Source: Rhodanobacteraceae bacterium
GTDB lineage: Bacteria; Pseudomonadota; Gammaproteobacteria; Xanthomonadales; Rhodanobacteraceae
NCBI GenBank assembly: GCA_050737935.1
Contig: JBOHYO010000248.1
Coordinates: 1 to 32,006 of the forward strand
Length of the DNA: 32,006 bases
Reading direction: 5' to 3'
Shown: positions 15,489 to 25,148 of the stretch, in pieces
Numbering within the stretch: the stretch's first letter is position 1
Layout: each line of letters begins with the position of its first letter
The notes under the pieces: model-generated
Database searches by the model: none
Seen by the model: the letters and a program-made list of their open reading frames with translations, nothing else
Told to the model about the DNA's origin: nothing
Program-made: the position numbers and the translations under genes

Positions 15489-16277
15489 CTACAGCGAACG
15501 CGTGCGACCGCCATCCACCGGGAGATTGATGCCGGTGATGTAACCCGCGGCGGGCGAGGCGAGGAAGGCTACCGCAGCGGCGATTTCGGACGGATCGGCG
15601 AACCGTCGCATCGGAATTTCGGATTCCATCTTGCTTTGCATGTCCTTGATGCTGCTTCCGGACTTTTGCGCGCGCGTTTGCACGATCTGTTCGATGCGGG
15701 GGGTCCTGGTCGAGCCAGGCAGCACGTTGTTGACGGTGATGCCGAACGGCGCGAGTTCGCCGGCGAGCGTCTTGGCCCAGCTCGCCACCGCCCAGCGCGT
15801 GGTGTTGGAAACGCCGAGGCCCGCGATCGGTTCCTTGACCGAGGTCGAGATGATGTTGACGATCCGGCCGTAGCCCGCCGCCTGCATTCCCGGGATCACG
15901 ATTTCCGCCCGCACGTGATTGGCGACGAGGTGTTTGCGGTAGGCGTCCAGGAATGCTTCGACTTCCGCGCCATGCGCGGGACCGGGCGGTGGCCCGCCGG
16001 AGTTGTTGACGAGGACGTGCACGGGATGTGTGGCCACAAGCTTTTCCACGACGGCGCGCAAGCTTTCGGTATCGCCTGCGTCGGCAACCAAAAAACCGTG
16101 CGTTTGCGAGGCGTGCGTGCGCGGCAGTTCATCGACGAGCTGCTTCAGGACATCCGCGCGACGGGCGAGTGCGGTGACGCTGGCGCCGAGCTTCGCCAGT
16201 TCCATCGCGCAGGCGCGGCCGATGCCCTGCGAGGCGCCACACACCAGTGCATGGCGGCCGGCCAGATCCAAATCCAT
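15489..16277 (-). CDS. Short-chain dehydrogenase/reductase (SDR) family oxidoreductase, FabG-like with non-canonical active-site positions
   Basis: Track ORF 15489..16475 trimmed to ATG 16277 (MDLDLAGRHALVCGASQGIGRA...), preceded by AAGGAG 6 nt upstream. 262 aa with a Rossmann GxxxGxG, NNSG and a C-terminal ...GYITGINLPVDGG. Confidence 0.85.
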   Translation of the reverse strand: MDLDLAGRHALVCGASQGIGRACAMELAKLGASVTALARRADVLKQLVDELPRTHASQTHGFLVADAGDTESLRAVVEKLVATHPVHVLVNNSGGPPPGPAHGAEVEAFLDAYRKHLVANHVRAEIVIPGMQAAGYGRIVNIISTSVKEPIAGLGVSNTTRWAVASWAKTLAGELAPFGITVNNVLPGSTRTPRIEQIVQTRAQKSGSSIKDMQSKMESEIPMRRFADPSEIAAAVAFLASPAAGYITGINLPVDGGRTRSL

Positions 16278-16485
16278 GCTGTGCTCCTTGAATGATGATT
16301 TCCACGCGCCCAGCGGGGGCCGCGCGCGAGGTTTATGGCGCTCTTTTTCGGCGCCGCGTTCGAAGCGGCTGTTGTGAAAAGTCAGTCCATGGAAGGACGC
16401 TCTGGCGCTCGGGGCGGCGCGAATGGCTCTGGTTGTCGTATGGCTCGGTGATACAGCGATCAGGGACGATCGCACAGATACATTT

Positions 16486-17280
16486 CTAGAGATTCTGCAG
16501 TGCGTGGCGCAGTTCGGGCAACAACCCCGCGCCCGCCTTCGGCCTGCCGCAAAGCCCGTTGTCGACCGCGTTGGCGTAGGCCGGCGTCATCTTGCCCAGA
16601 TACAGCGTGCCTTCCGGACCGTGCTGCACATTGAAGCTGCCGCTGGTGACCGGCGTCGCGGGCTTGATGCTGGCGAATGCCGAGGCCGAGGGAACGTTGA
16701 CGTTGCTGAAGCTCGTCGGGGACTGTGCCCAGTAGGTGGTCGCCGCGAGTTGCTGCTTCGAGGTGGTCACGACCAGGTATTGGGCATTGGGGTTGTCGAT
16801 CGTCACCGCGCCGAAGCCGCCCGACATGCTCGGGCGCCAGTTGATGTACACGCACAGCGAAACTTCGGTGCTGGAAAGCGGCTGATAGTTGGCGTTGAGG
16901 AGGGTGACCGTCGGCGCCAGCAGGAAGCTGTTGCCCAGGTGCCTGGCGCTGGGTTGGGTCTGGAACACTACCCGATAGGGCTTCTTGAACTTCGGCAGCA
17001 CGAAGGTGAGGAAATGCGTGCGATCGCCCTCGATGTCCGCGACCGGGCTGAACTTGTCGATGGTGAACTCGCGCGGCTCCGCTGGAAGCTGATCGTGGAA
17101 GGGGAGATCCGTCCAGACGTGGCAACAAGGCGTCGCGTCCTTCAAGCGTTGCAAGGCCATCTCGCGCGAAGGCGGGGGCGTGCTGTCGAACGAGAACAGC
17201 GGGACCTTGATGGCGTGCGTGCACCCGGCGAGCGAGGCGATCGCCAGGAAGGGCAGGATGATGCGGAGGAAACGTCGCAC
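16486..17280 (-). CDS. MalM-family-like periplasmic lipoprotein (tentative family)
   Basis: Lipoprotein signal peptide (V/M)RRFLRIILPFLAIASLAGC with an L-A-G-C lipobox. Collinear resemblance to E. coli MalM: FLLAPTVTLLNANYQPL versus FAPNVLILDQNMTP, and AQYLVVTTSKQQLAATT versus KLYVLVFTTEKDLQQTT. I chose GTG 17280 as the start because it gives a canonical 20-aa signal peptide. The track's TTG at 17340 is the alternative. Confidence 0.65.
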   Translation of the reverse strand: MRRFLRIILPFLAIASLAGCTHAIKVPLFSFDSTPPPSREMALQRLKDATPCCHVWTDLPFHDQLPAEPREFTIDKFSPVADIEGDRTHFLTFVLPKFKKPYRVVFQTQPSARHLGNSFLLAPTVTLLNANYQPLSSTEVSLCVYINWRPSMSGGFGAVTIDNPNAQYLVVTTSKQQLAATTYWAQSPTSFSNVNVPSASAFASIKPATPVTSGSFNVQHGPEGTLYLGKMTPAYANAVDNGLCGRPKAGAGLLPELRHALQNL

Positions 17281-17404
17281 GGCGAAACGATGTTTGCGTT
17301 CGAGGGGCCAGATGAACAGAGCCTGAAAGTCTAGTGCCAAAATCTGGCGATTTGGTGGCCTGCGGGGCCCGAATGCGTGACACGGTGCCCGAATCGGACC
17401 GGGT

Positions 17405-18805
<1,401 letters not shown>

Positions 18806-18853
18806 GGCTTGAAGTCCTGCCCTGCCGGTGTCATGTTGAAGCCAAGCGAACGC

Positions 18854-18882
18854 TTGACGACAAGTCAACGGGCGATCATAAC
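18854..18882 (+). promoter_or_regulatory. Candidate sigma70 promoter for the A-type carrier gene (-35 TTGACG, 17-nt spacer, -10 CATAAC)
   Basis: Sequence match only. The -35 is embedded in a small palindrome, TTGAC-gacaa-GTCAA. It lies in the asnS / carrier divergent intergenic region. Confidence 0.3.
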
Positions 18883-18910
18883 TTACCAATGTGCGCAACC
18901 GACATCCGCC

Positions 18911-19258
18911 ATGTCCATTGAACTGACCCCCGCCGCCGCCGCGCGCGTGCGCGATTTCCTTGCCGCGAACCGGGCTGCGCCCGGGGTGCGCTTCGGCATC
19001 AAGCGCACTGGTTGTTCGGGCTTCGGCTACACGGTCGACCTGGCGCGGGAAGTCACCGGCGACGACAAGGTGTTCGACCTCGACGGGATCAAGCTGGTGG
19101 TGGACGCGAAGGCCCTGCCGTTCGTGGACGGCACCCGGATCGACTATGCGCGCGATGGCTTGAATGCCGCCTTCGTGTTCCACAACCCCAATGCCACAGC
19201 CGAATGCGGCTGTGGCGAAAGCTTCACGGTGGAAGAGCAGGGGATTGGGGACGGGTAG
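18911..19258 (+). CDS. Iron-sulfur cluster insertion/assembly A-type carrier (IscA/SufA/ErpA, HesB family)
   Basis: This is the last 115 codons of the spurious 613-aa track ORF 17417..19258, starting at in-frame ATG 18911 ([16 protein letters not shown]...). The three conserved Cys are present: RTGCSGFGY ... [14 protein letters not shown]. Confidence 0.9.
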   Translation: MSIELTPAAAARVRDFLAANRAAPGVRFGIKRTGCSGFGYTVDLAREVTGDDKVFDLDGIKLVVDAKALPFVDGTRIDYARDGLNAAFVFHNPNATAECGCGESFTVEEQGIGDG

Positions 19259-19485
19259 CGGGGCGCGCTTTTCAGGCTCTTCGCAGTGCCCCGGGCCGCG
19301 TGAGGCCCGTGCAAGCGGGCCCGCAATCCATCCCCCGTCGGTAGCGGTTGTTTTCAATCCGTTCGCCCCCGGATCGAGCCCGGGGCAGGCCCTGAGCGTA
19401 GTCCCGCAGGGCCGGAGTCGAGGGCAAAGGGCGTTTCGACTCCATTCGTTTCGCTCTTTACGCTCAACGCGAACGGTTACTCCAA

Positions 19486-19515
19486 ACAGTCCAGGGCCCG
19501 ACAGTCCAGGGCCCG
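19486..19515. repeat. Perfect tandem duplication of a 15-mer (ACAGTCCAGGGCCCG x2)
   Basis: Read directly. It ends 12 nt upstream of the rpsF -35 hexamer. Confidence 0.85.
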
Positions 19516-19527
19516 ACCGCGTTTTTC

Positions 19528-19556
19528 TTGCCTCAAACTCCCCATTCGCGTAGAAT
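19528..19556 (+). promoter_or_regulatory. rpsF operon sigma70 promoter (-35 TTGCCT, 17-nt spacer, -10 TAGAAT)
   Basis: Near-consensus hexamers with optimal spacing about 120 nt upstream of the rpsF ATG, preceded by a T-rich tract (GTTTTTC). Confidence 0.6.
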
Positions 19557-19675
19557 TCCGCCTCTTGCGTCCACGGCTCACACCCAACGCAAGCCCTCGC
19601 CTCACCGCCGGTTTCCACGGTCGGGAGGCTGTCCCGTCATGGCTTGTGCCCTGGCGACACCCATGAGGAAACACA

Positions 19676-20116
19676 ATGCGTCATTATGAAGTCGTGTTCC
19701 TGGTCCATCCGGACCAGAGCGAGCAGGTGCCCGGCATGCTCGACCGCTACAAGGCCCTCGTCGAGGGTGAAGGCGGCAAGGTGCATCGCGTCGAGGACTG
19801 GGGCCGTCGCCCGCTCGCCTATCCCATCCAGCATCTGGCCAAGGCCCATTACGCGCTGCTCAACATCGAGTGCGGGCCGAAGGCGATCGACGAGCTGAAG
19901 TCGGGCTTCCGTTTCAACGATGCGGTGCTGCGGCACCTGATCATGCAGTGGCATTGCGCGGAAACCGAGCAGTCCCTGATCCTGAAGTCCAAGGACAAGG
20001 AAGACAAGCCCTCCCGTCGTCGCGACGACGACGATGACGATGACCGCAACGATCGGAGTGATCGTGGTGACCGCAATGAGCGCAGCGATCGAAACGATCG
20101 CAGTGAAGCCGCCTGA
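19676..20116 (+). CDS. rpsF: 30S ribosomal protein S6
   Basis: [21 protein letters not shown]...[12 protein letters not shown] is near-identical in pattern to E. coli S6. RBS GAGGA lies upstream. It has an acidic/Arg-rich C-terminal tail. Confidence 0.95.
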   Translation: MRHYEVVFLVHPDQSEQVPGMLDRYKALVEGEGGKVHRVEDWGRRPLAYPIQHLAKAHYALLNIECGPKAIDELKSGFRFNDAVLRHLIMQWHCAETEQSLILKSKDKEDKPSRRRDDDDDDDRNDRSDRGDRNERSDRNDRSEAA

Positions 20117-20154
20117 TGCGCCGCCAGACCAGGAAGAAGACTGGAGCTCCCAAC

Positions 20155-20385
20155 ATGTCCAAGTTTTTTCGCCGTCGCAAGTTCTGCCGCTTCACCGCCG
20201 AGGGCGTGGAGCACATCGACTACAAGGATCTCGCGACCCTCAAGCAGTACGTAACGGAGACCGGCAAGATCGTCCCCAGCCGCATCACGGGCACCAAGGC
20301 GCGCTACCAGCGCCAGTTGTCCACCGCGGTGCAGCGGGCGCGATTCCTGGCATTGTTGCCGTACAGCGACAGCCACTTTGTTTGA
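20155..20385 (+). CDS. rpsR: 30S ribosomal protein S18
   Basis: Track ORF 20116..20385 trimmed to ATG 20155 ([25 protein letters not shown]...), with GGAG 8-12 nt upstream. 76 aa. Confidence 0.95.
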   Translation: MSKFFRRRKFCRFTAEGVEHIDYKDLATLKQYVTETGKIVPSRITGTKARYQRQLSTAVQRARFLALLPYSDSHFV

Positions 20386-20401
20386 GGAATCGGAGAACCC
20401 C

Positions 20402-20851
20402 ATGGAAGTCATCCTGCTGGAAAAGGTGAAAAACCTCGGCGCGCTCGGCGACAAGGTCAAGGTCAAGCCCGGCTTCGGCCGCAACTATCTGGTGCCGCAA
20501 GGCAAGGCCGCGCCGGCCAACAAGGCCAATCTCGAAGCCTTCGAGCAGAAGCGCTCCGAGTACGAGGCCAAGGCCAACACGCTGCTGACCGACGCGCAAG
20601 CGCGTGCTGCCAGCTTCGAGAATGCCGAGACGACCATCAGCGCCAACGCCAGCCCCGAAGGCAAGTTGTTCGGCTCGGTCGGCCCGCGCGAAATCGCCGA
20701 AGCCTTCAGTACGCAAGGCCTGGCGCTGGAGAAGAGCGAAGTGGTGATGCCGGAAGGCGCGATCCGCAACACCGGGGATTACGAGGTGGAAATCTCGCTG
20801 CACGCGGACGTCAAGGCACCGGTCAAGGTGCACGTGGTTGCCGAAACCTGA
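20402..20851 (+). CDS. rplI: 50S ribosomal protein L9
   Basis: Track ORF 20378..20851 trimmed to ATG 20402 ([36 protein letters not shown]...), giving 149 aa as in E. coli L9. GGAG lies upstream. Confidence 0.95.
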   Translation: MEVILLEKVKNLGALGDKVKVKPGFGRNYLVPQGKAAPANKANLEAFEQKRSEYEAKANTLLTDAQARAASFENAETTISANASPEGKLFGSVGPREIAEAFSTQGLALEKSEVVMPEGAIRNTGDYEVEISLHADVKAPVKVHVVAET

Positions 20852-20873
20852 TCGTAACGCGTGGTCGATCCAG

Positions 20874-20906
20874 AAACGGGCGCCGCGTGCGCCCGTTTTC
20901 TTTTCT
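20874..20906 (+). terminator. Rho-independent terminator of the rpsF-rpsR-rplI operon
   Basis: AAACGGGCGC-cgcgt-GCGCCCGTTT forms a perfect 10-bp stem with a 5-nt loop, followed by TCTTTTCTC. It lies 23 nt after the rplI stop. Confidence 0.8.
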
Positions 20907-20976
20907 CGGCGCCGGCAGGCCGTGAAGATGGCGTCGCGATCATCGAAGTCGTCCTTGCGATGAAACCCTGCAATCA

Positions 20977-20991
20977 GTACCATATTGGTAC
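20977..20991 (+). promoter_or_regulatory. Palindrome GTACCA-TAT-TGGTAC, candidate operator for the Rrf2-type suf regulator
   Basis: Perfect 6-3-6 inverted repeat 24 nt upstream of the regulator ATG (21015), in an AT-richer stretch (GTACCATATTGGTACGTATTGACA). Confidence 0.35.
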
Positions 20992-21014
20992 GTATTGACA
21001 GGTCCGTCTTCCGA

Positions 21015-21449
21015 ATGATCCGTGTCAGCCGACTTGCAGATTACGCGTCCGCAGTGATGGCTTCCCTGGCCAGCCATCCGGCCGAGGTGCTGCCCGCGGC
21101 GGCGGTGGCGGAGCAAACCCGCCTCGAATTGCCGACCGCGAGCAAGCTGTTGAAGCGGCTCGCCCGGGCGGGTCTCGTGGAATCGTTTCGCGGCGCGGCC
21201 GGCGGCTACCGGTTGGCGCGTGCGGCCAAGGACATCTCGCTGGCCGAAATCGTCGAGGCGCTGGACGGCCCGATCGGCTTGACCGCCTGTCGCATCGGGC
21301 GCACGGGTTGCGAGCGCCAGTCCTATTGCACCGTGTCGCGCGGCTGGCAGGGGGTAGGCGCCGCGATCGATGACGCGCTGCGCGCGGTAAGCCTTGCCGA
21401 CATGGCGCAACGACAGCCGGCGCGCACGCACGGCTCGCGCGCGGCATGA
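21015..21449 (+). CDS. SUF-system Fe-S cluster assembly transcriptional regulator, Rrf2/IscR family
   Basis: Track ORF 20985..21449 trimmed to ATG 21015 ([15 protein letters not shown]...), a typical Rrf2 N-terminus. It has a wHTH ([29 protein letters not shown]) and three clustered Cys ([14 protein letters not shown]) as in cluster-ligating IscR-type proteins. It sits first in the suf operon. Confidence 0.85.
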   Translation: MIRVSRLADYASAVMASLASHPAEVLPAAAVAEQTRLELPTASKLLKRLARAGLVESFRGAAGGYRLARAAKDISLAEIVEALDGPIGLTACRIGRTGCERQSYCTVSRGWQGVGAAIDDALRAVSLADMAQRQPARTHGSRAA

Positions 21450-21460
21450 GGGAGGGCACC

Positions 21461-22900
<1,440 letters not shown>

Positions 22901-22906
22901 TTTTTC

Positions 22907-22988
22907 CCCCTTCTCCCTTCGGGAGAAGGGGCCCGAAGGGCAGATGAGGGTGAGAAGCGGCGCTTGCGTGATGCCTGTGGCATCACGC
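22907..22988. repeat. Two GC-rich perfect hairpins (REP-like) inserted between sufB and sufC
   Basis: Hairpin 1: CCCCTTCTCCC-ttc-GGGAGAAGGGG (22907-22931, 11-bp stem). Hairpin 2: GCGTGATGCC-tgt-GGCATCACGC (22966-22988, 10-bp stem). They sit in a 170-nt sufB-sufC spacer. Confidence 0.7.
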
Positions 22989-23070
22989 GCTGCTTCGAAC
23001 GGGCGGCCAAGGATGGCCGCACCGGCGCCACGCGCCAGGGATGGTTGCTCGCAAGAAAACAGGATTTGAA

Positions 23071-23835
23071 ATGCTGAAAATTGAAAACCTCCACGCTCGC
23101 GTCGCCGGCAAGGAAATCCTGAAAGGTGTTTCGCTGGAAGTGAACGCCGGCGAAGTGCATGCGCTGATGGGTCCCAACGGGGCGGGCAAGTCCACGCTCG
23201 GCAACGTCTTGTCGGGCCGGCCGGGTTACGAAGTGACCGAAGGCACCGTGACCTTCGACGGAAGGAACCTGCTCGACATGCAGCCGGAGGAGCGCGCGGC
23301 GGCCGGGATGTTCCTTGCGTTCCAGTACCCGGTCGAAATTCCCGGCGTCAACAACACCTATTTCCTGCGCGCGGCGCTGAATGCGCAGCGCAAGTCGCGT
23401 GGCGAAGAGGAACTGGATTCGATGCAGTTCCTGAAGCTGGTGCGCGGCAAGGTCAAGGACATGGGCATGACACCCGATCTGCTGAACCGGGCGGTCAACG
23501 AGGGTTTCAGCGGCGGCGAGAAAAAGCGCAATGAGGTGTTCCAGATGGCGCTGCTCGAGCCGCGCCTTGCGATCCTCGATGAAACCGATTCCGGTCTCGA
23601 TATCGACGCCTTGAAGCAGGTCGCAGAAGGCGTCAATGCGCTGCGTTCCCCGGAGCGCGCCTTTCTCGTGATCACCCATTACCAGCGGCTGCTGGATTTC
23701 ATCGTGCCGCATTTCGTGCACGTGCTCGACGGCGGACGCATCGTCGAGAGTGGCGACGCGCGGCTCGCGCAGGAACTCGAGGCCCACGGGTATGCGTGGG
23801 TGCGCGAACGCATGCCGGCCGGGGCACAGGCGTGA
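23071..23835 (+). CDS. sufC: Fe-S cluster assembly ATPase SufC
   Basis: Track ORF 23041..23835 trimmed to ATG 23071 (MLKIENLHARV..., matching the E. coli SufC N-terminus MLSIKDLH), with AGGA 6 nt upstream. Walker A GPNGAGKST, signature FSGGEKKR, Walker B AILDETDSGLD. Confidence 0.95.
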   Translation: MLKIENLHARVAGKEILKGVSLEVNAGEVHALMGPNGAGKSTLGNVLSGRPGYEVTEGTVTFDGRNLLDMQPEERAAAGMFLAFQYPVEIPGVNNTYFLRAALNAQRKSRGEEELDSMQFLKLVRGKVKDMGMTPDLLNRAVNEGFSGGEKKRNEVFQMALLEPRLAILDETDSGLDIDALKQVAEGVNALRSPERAFLVITHYQRLLDFIVPHFVHVLDGGRIVESGDARLAQELEAHGYAWVRERMPAGAQA

Positions 23836-25148
23836 GTTCGACGCTGACGCCATTCGCCGAATCGATGCAGGCCGCCGCGGCCACCCTGCGGCTGCCCGGC
23901 AGCGGACTCGGCTGGCTGGATGCCGCGCGGCGTGAGGCGTTGCAGGCGTTCGCCGAGCGCGGTTTGCCGACCGCCCGCAACGAACTCTGGAAGTACACCA
24001 CCCTGCGTGCCTTGGCCCAGCGCCAGTACGCGGCGGGTGGCGACGAGGCGGCGAGCCGTCCCGTGGATGATGCGCTGTTGCCGGCGGAAGCGGACGCACG
24101 CGCGGTGTTCGTCAATGGTGCGTTCCGCCCGGATCTGTCGAAGCTGGATGCATTGCCGAAGGGCGTGGTGCTGGAGTCACTGGCCTCGGCGCTGCGCGAG
24201 CATCCCGAACCGCTGCGCTTCCTGCTGGGTGCGCGCAGCGACGACGAGGACGATGGCTTCACGCTATTGAACCGTGGACTGGCCGCTGACGGCGTGATCC
24301 TGCGGGTTGCACCCGGCGTACGGGTGGCCGAACCGCTGCATGTCGTGCACTTGGGCGTGGCGGCGCGGGGCACGATGGCATGGCACTTGCGAAGCCTCAT
24401 CGAACTTGGCGAAGGGGCCAGCCTCGGGATCGTCGAACACCACGTGGGCGAGGCGGCGGCCGGCCACCTCGCCAACCTGGCTCGCAAGGTCACGTTGCAC
24501 GAGCAGGCGCATCTCGACTGGGTGAGCATCCAGTCCGCGTCCGCCGATGCGACGCTGTTGCGTCGCAGCGATGTCGTGCTGCACGAGGACGCGGCGCTCG
24601 ATTTCCACGCCCTGGAGCTGGGTGGGAAGCTCGCACGCCACGAACTTCGGATCGACCTCGCGGGAGCCCGCGCACGATTCGCCAGCCGCGGCGCCTTCGT
24701 GCTCCACGACCGCCAGCACGCCGATACCGAGGTGCTGGTGACGCACCGCGGCCGCGACACCACGAGCGATTCGCTGTGGCGCGGCGTGGCCGATGATCGC
24801 GCCCGTGGCGTGGTGCACGGCAGGATCCTCGTGATGCCGGGCGCCGATGGCGCGGACGGCAGCTTCTACAACAAGAACCTGCTGCTTTCGCCGTCCGCGG
24901 AGATCGATACGCGGCCGGCGCTGGAAATCTACGCCGACGAGGTGAAGGCCAACCACGGCGCGACCGTCGGCCAACTGGACGAAAACGTGTTGTTTTATCT
25001 TCGCTCGCGCGGGATCCCCCTGGACGTCGCGCGGCGGATGCTGGTGCAGGCGTTTTGCGCGGTGACGCTGCGGGGCATCGAGCCCGCGTCGCTGCGGGAG
25101 CGTTGCGAAGCGTTGCTGATCGAACAGTTGCCGGTGGTGGCGGCGTGA
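23832..25148 (+). CDS. sufD: Fe-S cluster assembly protein SufD
   Basis: Track ORF 23796..25148. I prefer the GTG at 23832, which overlaps the sufC stop (GTGA), and ATG 23868 is the alternative. The SufB/SufD-family C-terminal region reads ...DTTSDSLWRGV..D.ARGVVHGRI.V..GA.G.D....NKNLLLS..AEIDT.P.LEIYADEVK..HGATVGQLDE..LFYLRSRGI. Confidence 0.9.
   Translation: MSSTLTPFAESMQAAAATLRLPGSGLGWLDAARREALQAFAERGLPTARNELWKYTTLRALAQRQYAAGGDEAASRPVDDALLPAEADARAVFVNGAFRPDLSKLDALPKGVVLESLASALREHPEPLRFLLGARSDDEDDGFTLLNRGLAADGVILRVAPGVRVAEPLHVVHLGVAARGTMAWHLRSLIELGEGASLGIVEHHVGEAAAGHLANLARKVTLHEQAHLDWVSIQSASADATLLRRSDVVLHEDAALDFHALELGGKLARHELRIDLAGARARFASRGAFVLHDRQHADTEVLVTHRGRDTTSDSLWRGVADDRARGVVHGRILVMPGADGADGSFYNKNLLLSPSAEIDTRPALEIYADEVKANHGATVGQLDENVLFYLRSRGIPLDVARRMLVQAFCAVTLRGIEPASLRERCEALLIEQLPVVAA

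Noticed and set aside
19360-19395. tRNA-like T-arm (CCCGG-ATCGAGC-CCGGG followed by a GC-rich 7-mer) in the carrier-rpsF spacer
   Set aside because: I tried to fold the upstream ~75 nt into a cloverleaf. There is no acceptable D-arm or anticodon arm, position 54 is A, and there is no CCA. It more likely belongs to the hairpin-rich repeat region. tRNAscan-SE or Infernal would settle it.
20015-20113. Unusual Asp/Arg/Asn/Ser-rich C-terminal tail of S6 ([33 protein letters not shown]), with RRRDDD encoded by a perfect 16-nt palindrome CGTCGTCGCGACGACG
   Set aside because: Charged, low-complexity S6 tails are normal: E. coli S6 also ends in an acidic/Arg-rich tail. The palindrome is an automatic consequence of CGN (Arg) and GAC (Asp) codons being reverse complements. 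It is not evidence of a separate function.
20117-20154. Absence of priB between rpsF and rpsR, unlike the E. coli order rpsF-priB-rpsR-rplI
   Set aside because: Only 38 nt separate the genes, so priB is truly absent here. To my knowledge, though, many gammaproteobacterial lineages outside the enterics lack priB at this locus. This is a taxonomic trait rather than a novelty.
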